From assembly GCA_000934665.2 (NCBI GenBank), contig KZ537974.1, positions 1 to 64,000 of the forward strand: a DNA stretch of 64,000 nucleotides, read 5' to 3'. Below, in pieces: positions 53,314 to 64,000 of the stretch. The position numbers and the translations under genes were made by a program. The stretch's first letter is position 1. The number at the start of each line of letters is the position of its first letter. The notes under the pieces are model-generated. The model made no database searches. It had not been told where the DNA came from and saw only the letters and a list, made by a program, of their open reading frames with translations. Origin of the DNA: Catajapyx aquilonaris. Lineage: Eukaryota.

Positions 53314-53329
53314 TAGCGCCTTCTAGTGG
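53314..53329 (-). promoter_or_regulatory. CTCF-like motif
   Basis: Minus strand reads CCACTAGAAGGCGCTA, one mismatch from the CCACYAGRKGGCGC core. Confidence 0.4.
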
Positions 53330-55256
53330 TGCAAAATAGAACTATCACTTGTGACCCTAATAAAACTGACCCGACTGTACATACACGAAGGCATGCTTAT
53401 ATTCACAATGTGAGATTGAATTTGATACGCTCTGTTCATCAGAAGAAGTAAGGGCTAATGCGATTTGTCGGCCTGCTTTATGCCCTTCCAGCATAATGCT
53501 TTAATGCACGTGTCAAGATGAGCCATAATTAAAAACCCATGTTGAAATGTTGTCAGGGTTTGTTGCCCTTGCTGTGTTAATTTGCCGCGCTGGCATCAGC
53601 ATGGGTTTTTTCAACTCATGTTGATTGCAACTCGGTTTCTTTTATTTTTTGTTGGAAAGGCTACAGAGTTTATTATGTTCCTGAACATACACGACGTTTA
53701 ACATTTAGCAAACAGAATTTTAAATGTGGCACAGTATGATGTGCTGGATATTGGCATACGACAAAAAGGGTCGGAAGATTAATGAGGACCATCAGAGGTG
53801 CCGACTGCTCATGCAGAATGTAAATTGCGGCTGTACCGTCATAATTATAAGCCGAAAGTCGGTGGAACTCTGTGCAACTATAGTTACTGGATGTCAAAGT
53901 GCATGGTAAAATTGAGCCTTCAAACCACCAGCCAATTAATGCGTGACTGTACAGCCAAATGCGTCAACATCTAGAAAAGACTACACCGCAAATGACTGTA
54001 CACTAAGGCACTGTAAACCTGTTCCGATTTACACAGCCATAGTATGAAAGCCACCGTGCGAAAGCTGGCCCACCGCACTGACATCCCTCTGCGCTCGAAG
54101 TAGCTGCTTATTTTTAATACCCGTGTACGATGGGACATGTGCAGGTCGGCTTAAAGCTTTTCCACCCTTGTAGCCTGCTTATTGCTTCTTAATGGAGGTC
54201 GCGCCTGAAAACAAGTTATGGCGACGCCTTGCCAAAACTTCTATCGACTCCCTTAATACTTTTCGCATCGATTTTTGCATGAATATATCAAAAGGTGGAG
54301 CTAGTTTATCGCAAAGGGGTGAATATCGCAGCTTGTATGCTGCTCTTTTTTTTTGTCTTCCTTTAACCTCCTCTCCTACCCCCTGCTGCTCTCCCGGAGG
54401 TTACGTGAGAGGGCGCGAGTGTTTCTATAGCTTTTAATAGAATAGCGAGCCCTTTGAAGGCCGCACTTGTAAGCTGCAGAGGCCCCAAGCCATGAGATAA
54501 CCGATAAGAATAGCCTGGCTTTAATTTGCATTAAAATTTCAACCGAGCGGCATGGAGGTGGGAGGCAACGATGGCTTGCCCTAACGTAAACCTTATCTCC
54601 GTCTCTAGGGAAGGAAACACCACAACAACCGAAGTTACGGTCACCTCCAGAGGGGTATGGGAGCGATAAATTTTATGTATTCATCATGGATCGCTTTATT
54701 ATCGATGCACGTGTAATTTAAAGGGGGGCGTTTTTCGGGCGTATAATACGAGCCCGCGATTATGTATGGCTAATGGGTGGCTAATAAATTAGTGTACATG
54801 CTTGCAAGGTGGATGCTGCTATGGACAGTAGGCTCGTTATCGGCGGTTTTTTAACAGGCTCACGTGACGCCACCTGGTTGGTTTATTAGATGGCAGTATG
54901 CTTACACGTTTAACGCTAATATGGCCCTTATATTGGTCTTAGCATGTTGTACTGGACATCATGGCAACTAAGGGCATCCAACGTGTGAGCCATCCAACAC
55001 CGAATCCCATTACCGAATAATTGCGACAGTATGCTAAAACTATCGCCAATATAACAATAATTTTCAACATTGTTTGTAGCCACGATGACAGCGTTAATTA
55101 AATGACTTTCCAGCGTGCAGTAGTTGCGCGTTTGCCAGAATGAATTGCGCGCAGTTGGCCCGCATAGATGGCACTCTGCTCCAATGGAAAACGAGGTGGG
55201 CATTTGCATAAATTTGGACCTTGCCTGGACTCAAAAATTCGGGACGACGTACAGTA

Positions 55257-55288
55257 CAGTGGCCACCACAACTAACTCGGACACCCCT
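55257..55288 (+). mobile_element. Possible solo Tc1-like terminal inverted repeat
   Basis: TA|CAGTGGCCACCACAACTAACTCGGACACCCCT has the TA-CAGTG...GGACACCC layout of Tc1-family TIRs. No partner TIR found. Confidence 0.3.
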
Positions 55289-58200
55289 ACGTTTTTTAGA
55301 CTTTTGCTTTGTGTTGCAGAACTACAATTTGACCCGTTGCAATTGGATTGTCAAGCGGGAACAGTTTTTTTGGGGGGGTGGTTCTCTATTTTTTGCGCGT
55401 GTCAGTTTGGGTGGCGGGTTCATGATGGGAAACGAGGGTCTGGAGGGGACAAACGGCTGGACAGTCGGGACACCTCTGGGATGGAATTTCAAATGTAGGC
55501 TGCCTTCCAGAGTCTGGAGACCGGAATTTCCAGCTCACGACGACGATGCGATGGTCCTTTGAAAATGAGGAAATATGCCGGACTATTAACTGCCATGTTT
55601 TTCTCGTGTGAATGTTCCTGCATGTACAGTATTCAGCAAAAAAAAATTAAAAAATACACGCAGGAGGTTTACATGCAGTATTCGCTGAAATATCATAACA
55701 TTAGTTCTAGACACTGTAGCCTACTGCCAGGGAGCATGAATGTAATTATGAGCCATGTATGTTGAAAAGAAATATTAACACTCATTAGCCAAGTGCAATT
55801 AGCCTTTCAGAAGCGTATTTAATTTGGTTAATAATCAAATAGCCGTGAGACTAACCCCATTTCTAGCCCTAGCAAATCGATAGTCTCCTTGGTGCAGGCA
55901 ATACTTGGGGGGCTATGTGCAGAAAGCGTGAATACGATTCCCCGACATTAATTGGTCAGCATTTTATACTACCCAATTAATCAATTTGCATGGAGGGGGG
56001 TAATTGGGTATTATTGGACCGGTTAAGCTCTCTGGCACATTATGAAGTAAACTGGGAGTTAGTTTAGAGAGCTGAAAAGTAGGTGGCTGTTGCGGGCTTG
56101 GAGTAATCCGGGGGCGAAGGAAATCAATGTATCCGGTACGTGAAAGCGCAGGTGATTGGGCTTTCTTGGGGTGGAAACCAGCTCTTCTTCCAACCTAGAC
56201 TGTGCTTGGTCTCCTATACGAGTTGCGTTTGCAAAGCCTAGTCTGGGACGGAAGGAATTCGTAATTAGAAGGCGGCTCCTTTGCACCCAAACCCAAATTA
56301 ATTGAAGCGAATCTTTTGGCCAATGACTTGTTTCGGCTCCTGCTTGTCTTAGAAAATAGTTTGGAAAGTTCGGTATTTTAGGGAGGCGAAATGAGCTTTT
56401 TTTTGTTGGGAACCCAGATGTGCCTATTGATATTCTGTCAGTCACTTCGTACTTTAAAAAGTTGAGAATTTTCATGAAAAAAGCATCAATTTTAGGGCTA
56501 TCCGCACAGTTTAGCTGCGGCTCACCTTTTCGACATCCACGGTCATTAATGCACATTTGGGGATGGATACACCAAAAGCGGCTCATTCACGCAAGAGTAA
56601 ATTATGTATCCCAGTTGTTTTTTTTGTTTGGAAGCTGCTGAGTGATGAGGCGGAATTTTCCTGGGCAAATCAATTTCCAGGATGCCAAGGGTAGTGGTAG
56701 TGACGTATAAGGAAAGGGGGGCGTAATGGCGGAACAGCCTGCGGCGTTATTAGTCTTGTGCTTGGAGGAGTAGGACTTGGTCTCCGGAATTTGGACTCAA
56801 GATGGTCCCAAATGGGCGCTGTAATGCTGCCTTGCCTGCTGGGGGAATAGGAAGAGCCGGGGATGTATTCTCCGCGTGTGTGGAAGGAGAATGGAGGATT
56901 TTCGGATGAATTTAGTAGGTTGTTTTAGGTTCATTCTTGGTCTTTAGGCTCTCAGGAAACACGGGGACTTGGGAACCAACTTTCTCCATTCGGTTTGTAT
57001 GGCCATATTGGTACAGTGCTAAGCGCCTGAAGAAGTCCATTGACCTGGCTGCTTCTTGACATGCGGGTGGGCCACTTGTTCTTCCATGTCGATGACCCCA
57101 CAGCGCTGATTAATTGTGCGGGCCTGGAAGTTGAAGAGCAGTGTTGCAAACAAGAATTGGAGGGAAGCGCTGTGCCGCACGCAAATTAACCTGCTAATTC
57201 AAACATGCCGCGGCTGTGGAAGGCCATTGGAACCAGGAGTGGAAGCGGAGTGAAACAGGCTGCGGCCTTTCTCGTAAGTGAAAAATAAAAGAGCGCGAGG
57301 AAGCTCCCCCAACTCTAAAAGCTTTGATGTGTCGTAATGGGAAGAGAGCAGCGGGGCCAACTGCGATTGGGCTTATTTAAGAACCGCAAAAAGGGCCCAT
57401 CAAGCCCCTGCCTCCTCCTCCACTTGCAGGGAAACCAGGTCTGCAACTAACTCTTGATTTCCAATCTGTTTACCGTCTTCCTGGGGTCCGAGTGCTTGTT
57501 CCCAGAGCAATTTGCTTCAGACCAAAGGAGGATTCCAGCCTCTGATCCTTGCCTTGCTACTCCAACAACTCCCAATTTCTTCTCAGTGCTTAGACGAAAA
57601 AAAGAGAGAGAGACTGATGTGGGCGAATGTTACGGAAGCAAATTCGTCTCTGATAACTGCAAACTTGAGACCAAATCTATTCCACCTCGGAGCGCATTGC
57701 CAGGCTGCGGGCTTGGCTAGATTACATTCAATCTAAGTTTCGAGGAGGCTTTGCTATACACCCCGGTCTTACTTTCTTCTCTTTTTAGTAGAGCAGAGGC
57801 AATAGCTGCCAGAGGGTTAGTAGTGCGTGATATAATGCACTGAGCTTTTAACTCATAGTTTAGAACGATCTATTGTCGATATTTTTAATTTGGCACCAGT
57901 ATTACGCTGGATAGTCCTAATAGTCGGGAAACAAATGGAACATTTAATGTAACTGTGCCGCAGGCCTCGTGTATGGCGCTTCATGAATGTGGACCCAACT
58001 TTATTGTTTTTAGCAGTTGACAACGTGCGCTGTTTAAAATGCGACGCAGGAATTGTTTAATTTTCCAAACATAACATTAGTTTGTGTCTCATAGCGGAAT
58101 GAATTCACCTTTTTTGTGTGCCCATTACAAAAAAAATGTAAACCAGGTGTATGGTCCAGAATTTTTGTCAGCATGCACACCACATTTGCAGCCACACGCA

Positions 58201-60880
58201 CGGTGGGAATGGAAATACTCTAGATTTATCTGCAAGCCTACTTTCATGCCGTTTTTTTTCCTAGGCTGGAGAGGTCTGGTTTAGAGACTGTACGCGGTGT
58301 TATTTTCCCAGGGAAACACCTTCCTCTGCTGTAATTGGCCTGAGCTTGTTAACGGACGTAGAACTTAAGTTAATGCCCGCTATAGATCACCGTTGGGTAA
58401 GGTAGGAGAAAAAGCAGCGGGGGGTTTTACTGCAGTGTGCGAAAGAAATTCCGAGAGAAAGTTTTCGGAGGACGGAAACTTTGTCGCTAACCAACTTTGT
58501 CCTTAGTCGTGATCACGGCCCTGACTTTATTCAGGGCTGGAACGTTCTTAAGTGTCTGGGTGTAATTGACGGTAAGTGCTAGCGGCGCTCTTAGGCTGCA
58601 AGGAGACGCAGAAACTAAAGGGACGTGGGAGCCGACACTGATATGTGTTGCTGCCCATATTTCGGGGGCTGACGATGAATCAGGAAGGGTCCCCGATTAA
58701 GTAGATGCGGCCTCCGAATATAAACGGTTAGCTACGGGCACACCAATGTCCGGATCTAAAACCCTCCCCTGCCGGGATGGGAGGGTGCACTTTGGACGGA
58801 TACAAACTGCATCCAACGGGGCGATGTTAGTCCTCGACCTGCTTTCCCAATCCCAAAGGAATTGCCGCCGGCTAATGCGGGCTTGTGGTGCATCATATCA
58901 GCTCCACCAGACACCGGAACATTCGACCAAACCCTCTTTTTTGCGTCTGCAAGCTAGAGTAATCTGGTGGTCAGACCCACGAGTGCAAGCAAGTATAGGA
59001 ACACCGTACGGCTTTAGGTTCGCAAAGTGTTGAAGTGACGTTTATAGTCGAGCCTATATCTGCTGGGGTCGTAACCACTAGACTACACGAAATGTTGTAT
59101 GAAATTTATTAATAAATTAACCAAGATACGCCTCATGTCCTACATGTCATTATGTTAGTTACTTCGCTCATTTAAAAAATACCAAAAAAATCAGGCACAT
59201 TTGGGTTTCCAAATCAATATTTTCAAGAAATAATTTTAAGTGGCATCCTCGAAACTTCCGGGTACAGTATACACTTCCAGTGCTTGTCACCTGTTACAGG
59301 TGGGCGCGTCCAAGATGGGTTGGTGTCGTTGTTGAGTGAGCCAATCACAGCTGGCTTATCCCATCCCTGGCGTCAGTTATAACGAGAGCAGTATAATTAT
59401 CCTTCCTCAGAGGGAGGGTAAGCCTGCCGCTCAAGTAGGTTGGCATCACCTCCCTGGCTTAATTTCGACGCCACGTCTCCCTGCCTCTCATTTCTCGGGT
59501 GTAGCCTCCAGCCGAGGCGCCACCAATGCAATGGCACCAACCAGGAAAACCGAATTGTTGGGAGAAATCCAGTGTGCAGACGGCTAGTGAGCTCATGCGA
59601 CTATAAAAAGTATTGGAACCTATGTCACTGTATAGTATTACTAATAATTATTGCAGTTCATAACCCTTCAGAAACACCTGTCATAGAGCAACGAAGGACG
59701 TGCTCATTATTTCATAGGTTCTGTTGCAACCTATTAGTGACGGGTTTAGACATATTATGCGGATGTGGTATATGTCATTGGATATCATTGGGCCACGAAA
59801 GAGGGAATTTATTTGATATTTTTTCTCAGTATGATGTTCTATATTTGGTATAAATGTTAAACTAGTTAAAGGGACTGTGTGGAATATAATTAGCGACACC
59901 AATGTCCCCCCGGCCAGACCCCGATAAAGCACTTTTCAGTGCTGAACCCCTGACACAATTTCCAACAACAACGTAACAACAGTACCAACGTCCAAAACAC
60001 GTCACTTATTGTTAAAGTGGATGTACTAGTTTATCATGCATGTACATTCTTTTACATGCATTCCCAAAGTAGTTGTACTTAACCGAAAGGATCATGCCCG
60101 ATGAAAATTTCAGCACATTTGGCGTACTCGGTGCAAGTAGGCCTACGGCAAATGTATAACACATTTTTACCAAATTGACGTTTTTTTGCGGTACCGTAAA
60201 GAATAACCCTGGAATATTCTGCTGCGAGCGAGTCTGATAGAAAGTGAAAATACTGTAATACTTTCACCTTTCCCGAGACTTTGCTGCTTTCTGCATCATT
60301 TTAACCGACATGTCGCGACAGTGTGACATTTAAAGCTGGCAGCGAATATCGTGATATTTTACACCCAATGTATACTTACCTGCTTCATATGTACGTAACG
60401 ACGTGTTTCGTTGAAACCCCCCGCCTTTTTCTGATCCCTTCCCATTTTTTAAAGCCTCCGCGGGCCGAGTATGTGAAAAAAAACATATATGTATTCCTGT
60501 TCGAACGGCCTTAATTTAGGGTACTGGTGCGAACCAACTTTTTATGACTTTCCGGGGCTCCCTATCTATCCCACGCAGATTCCGGATGTAAATGTTGCAG
60601 TGCGAGCAGGTGATACGACCTAGTGAAAAGTGATGTATCTCCCCACTGGGGGAATGTTATTAACTCGGGCAAATGATACTGCGGCAAAGGCTTAGGCCTG
60701 CCAGGGCCCAGCTACGTGCTCGCGTCACAACATTGCCTTATGAGACAGCCCAGGTTACCGGCGCATGAAATTTACACTCCATCCCATTTCCAGCCACACC
60801 TCTTCCCAAAACTTGATTAAACCCGAATTATAATCAATCCGGTGCGTCCTACTCGTGAATTGTTAACTACAATGTCTTAT

Positions 60881-60975
60881 ATGCCTAGTGTCCTACATAT
60901 AGGACACTCGTATCATATTCATAAAAATGAAATATTTTAAAAATTAAGCAACAGGCATATCTGGGTTAAGTAGGA
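60881..60975 (+). repeat. Dispersed repeat copy 2 with hairpin AGTGTCCTACATATAGGACACT (60887-60908)
   Basis: ATGCCTAGTGTCCTACATATAGGACA...AAATATTTTAAAAATTA, in inverted orientation relative to 5760-5853. Confidence 0.65.
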
Positions 60976-62633
60976 TTCGTGGGTAAGAGTTTGGATTATA
61001 TTTTGAAGAGGAGGGTATATAGTTAGAGTCTCTTACAGATTGGAGGCTAGAGTGAGGATATTGGAACCGCAGGGTAGGAAAAGCTCGTTAATAAGAGAGT
61101 CGGCAGGGGTGAGGTTGCGGAAGAGAGGAAGAGATAGTAGTTGGGCCGACCAAATTCCGTTTGCCAGGATCGCCTAATTTTCTGGCCATAATGGGAGACT
61201 TTGCAGGATTAGCTGGGGCGGGGATTGGGAGTTTTTGTCTTGGAATTAGCGGGGACTGCCTGCCTGCTTGGATGGGTCTAATGGCGCCGAGGCCCTGCCA
61301 GCAAGGTTGGCAGCTTTAAGGCCTATATAGCATCCTCGGCGGTGTATAATACTGGGCAATTTGTTTGTCGGATGCCCGGACTCTGGTTACGGGAGATGCG
61401 TCTGGTCGTCAGAAACTCCTAATCGGCTTGTGCCGGTACTCACTCAGGAAATGAAGCCTCCCAGCGCGTGGGTCATTTTTTGGTGCTAAAATTATATTTG
61501 CTGACAGCTTTCATCCTGTCTGTGTGCACAGCGCGGGACTCGACTGTAGCTTATGAATGATTAGGGAAGGTTGGGGAAATTTTCATATTCAATATACCAC
61601 GTCAGGCGCAAAGTTTTGGATCAGTTGTTGATTGAATTGAGGAGCGTTGGCCTGAAATACAGAGTTATGCGTATGCTGTCAGGATTTGGGATTTATATGC
61701 TCTAAACCTTTTCATAATTTTAGCACAGTCAATTGTGCAGCCCAATGTGTAGGAAATAATAATTAACACATCCCCTGTGCCATCTTTGCAATAACTATGG
61801 GGTAAATTGTAACGTGCAGTACTGCATCATGTAACAAGACTGCAGTATTGAAACTTTAGGAAGAAGCTGCAAGTTATACATCGTATATTAACGAGACTTT
61901 GAACACGAACATTTTAGCGCCATAAACTTTATTAGAAGGCCATTCCCCTGGAGGCAATATTTACTATTGGGCCATGAAAGTGGAATAAAAATGCAGTGTC
62001 CTTCCCGAAATTGCAGAGGCATAAAGTTTTTTTTTTGTTTCTGGTACCGAGTCCCCAGGCTTGAAATTCGTGGACTATTTTCGCATATCACTTTCACCTT
62101 GGAGACATTAGGGCCTGATTTATGCGCTCCTGATATTCCGCTGAAGGAAGCAGTATATTTTTATTTAGAAAATAAAGGAAGGCTGCGAGGCCTCCTCGTG
62201 ATGATCCGAGGCGCCTCTCCAGAAGATACGGTTGTCACTTTTAAAGCTCCAGGCACACACGCAGACCTAGTAATTCAACATCTCAGCGAAAACTCTAAAT
62301 AAAATCTATGCTCATCACGTCCGCCTCCTGCCGATTGGGGAGGATATTTTTTCGGCAGCTTTTCTCCTGCTCCTTTTTCGAGCTGAGAAACATGCTTGGA
62401 TATATCCACTCCAAACGTGTCCTGTTTTGCATGTATTGTATGGGGTGTGACCTAGTTAGGCTGAAATCAACGATAGCATATGTAAACGTTTAGAAGGCAG
62501 GGGTAAATCGCAGTTTCTATAATAGTATTTGTACTAGTTCATTCTTGTTTTTAAAGGCCAATTGAATATATTACAGTATTAGATGACTTTAGAAGTTTCT
62601 AGACCAGTTTAAATATTTTTATTGGTATCTGCG

Positions 62634-62760
62634 CCGTGGGACCGCCTTATCCGTGGGTTCCATATTCAACTAACCGCGGATCGAAAATATTCGGAAAAAA
62701 CACGAATTTCCGGGAAAAAAACTAGCATTTGTCGAACACAACAATACACGAATACGCAGG
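62634..62760. mobile_element. Degenerate pogo/Tigger-like terminus (left end at ~62634; right boundary approximate)
   Basis: CCTTATCCGTGGGTTCC..ATTCAACTAACCGCGGATCGAAAATATTCGGAAAAAA resembles, from recall, the MER2-type Tigger terminus. It is also partly similar to the reverse complement of 38837-38860. Confidence 0.55.
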
Positions 62761-63270
62761 ACTGACTGCATGAAAAATTTCAGGTTGTGCAGTGTACCAG
62801 TTTTTAAAACAATGACTGAAACCGATACTCTAGAGTCTAGAGAGTCTAGAAGGCATCTTGTATGACATGCATGTATATACCCGTTAATTAATGTAACAAT
62901 GGCATACACATAACGTAGTTTCTATACTGACACGCACCAATTAAAATTTGCGCACGTTCCATTTAGCACATTGCATTGGTGCCACACATGTTGAAATGCG
63001 GTCTATACATGTAGGATACAGTCGCATCATATCTATCACATCTCTTACAATGTCGCGCAACATGGCTGATTTTTAACATTGAGCAGTTTATGGGAGTAAG
63101 TTAGCATGCCAAAAATGTTTCGTGTATGTCAAGCATCACCTTTTAAACGTTGTGGTGTGATCTATAATGCTGAAATTAGAGACACTATACAGGGGATGTG
63201 ATGCTTTCAGTGAACTTCATAGATCATTGCGAAGATGATTATGTGATGGGTATGTTGCGCTCATTTCCAG

Positions 63271-63329
<59 letters not shown>

Positions 63330-63333
63330 TTTT
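63271..63333 (+). repeat. (TTAT)~15 microsatellite
   Basis: Uninterrupted tetranucleotide run; it explains the IYLFIYLF ORF. Confidence 0.98.
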
Positions 63334-64000
63334 CATCCACCATTTTGGGGGCCTGGGGCTCCTTTAGGGGGACACATACTCTCTGATGATACACTAAATA
63401 CATAATTGTAATCTTTTGTGAATACATATGAAAAACATTTCCAGTTGTTATTATTACAATAGCATTATAAATGTTGCATTTTGATCACTGAGAGAATTAT
63501 TGCAGAGTCGATCGGCCTATGAGTTTGGTATTGTATGAAGTTTGTTGTCGATAATAGTTTGTTTACATTAATCACCCAGACTAATTTTTAGACCGCAAAA
63601 AATTAAACGCGATTGGAAATGTGGCGAACCCATTGCTATTTGGCGCTGTAATTTTGTACCTGTTCATTTCCGTGTTGGTGATATTGCCGGGGAATTTATA
63701 TGCAGTATAATGATATAATTTACAATATATCGTGGTCGGTGGGTAGGTTATAATATTGCCCACATGCTGTTACGCCACTGATGTTATAGAAAAATGTTTG
63801 TGTAAAATTCGTATTTTGATATTATAGGGAATTGAATTTTTGTTGACACCGAAAAGAGAAACTTGTGCAAACCTCGAAAGACCTATATAATTATACGGTT
63901 TCATTACATTTGAAATGAAGGTTGCGTCGTAATATGAATACCGGTATATCAGTTGATTTCTCTCCCAAGTTTTTTTTTTGCATGGAAAACTCTTGCTAAA

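Noticed and set aside
1..64000. Prokaryotic or phage systems (operons, CRISPR, defence islands)
   Set aside because: Coding density is essentially nil, there are no regularly spaced repeats, and the microsatellites and spliceosomal signals indicate eukaryotic DNA.

Overview
Non-coding eukaryotic DNA, most likely metazoan and probably arthropod-like. This is inferred from abundant CpG, microsatellites, TA-flanked MITE/Tc1/pogo relics, spliceosomal signals and many homeodomain-type TAAT motifs. I recognise no protein-coding gene, RNA gene, CRISPR array or prokaryotic feature. The listed ORFs are all 240 aa or shorter, overlap heavily on both strands and look like background. The window reads like part of a very long intron or gene desert, with GC-richer motif-dense blocks alternating with AT-rich transposon-derived spacers. 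The two strongest signals are (1) a textbook recursive-splice (ratchet) site on the + strand, polypyrimidine-CAG|GTAAGG at 9218/9219, followed by a short cryptic exon with its own downstream donors, and (2) a ~260-bp fold-back at 43373-43632 with ~120-bp arms that could form long dsRNA. Also present: small TA|CAGGGTG...CACCCTG|TA MITEs, two pogo/Tigger-like termini, an inverted dispersed repeat with a palindromic core, a strong short hairpin near the start, CTCF-like motifs and candidate TALE/Hox enhancer clusters. All motif counts and alignments were done by eye; no database search was run.
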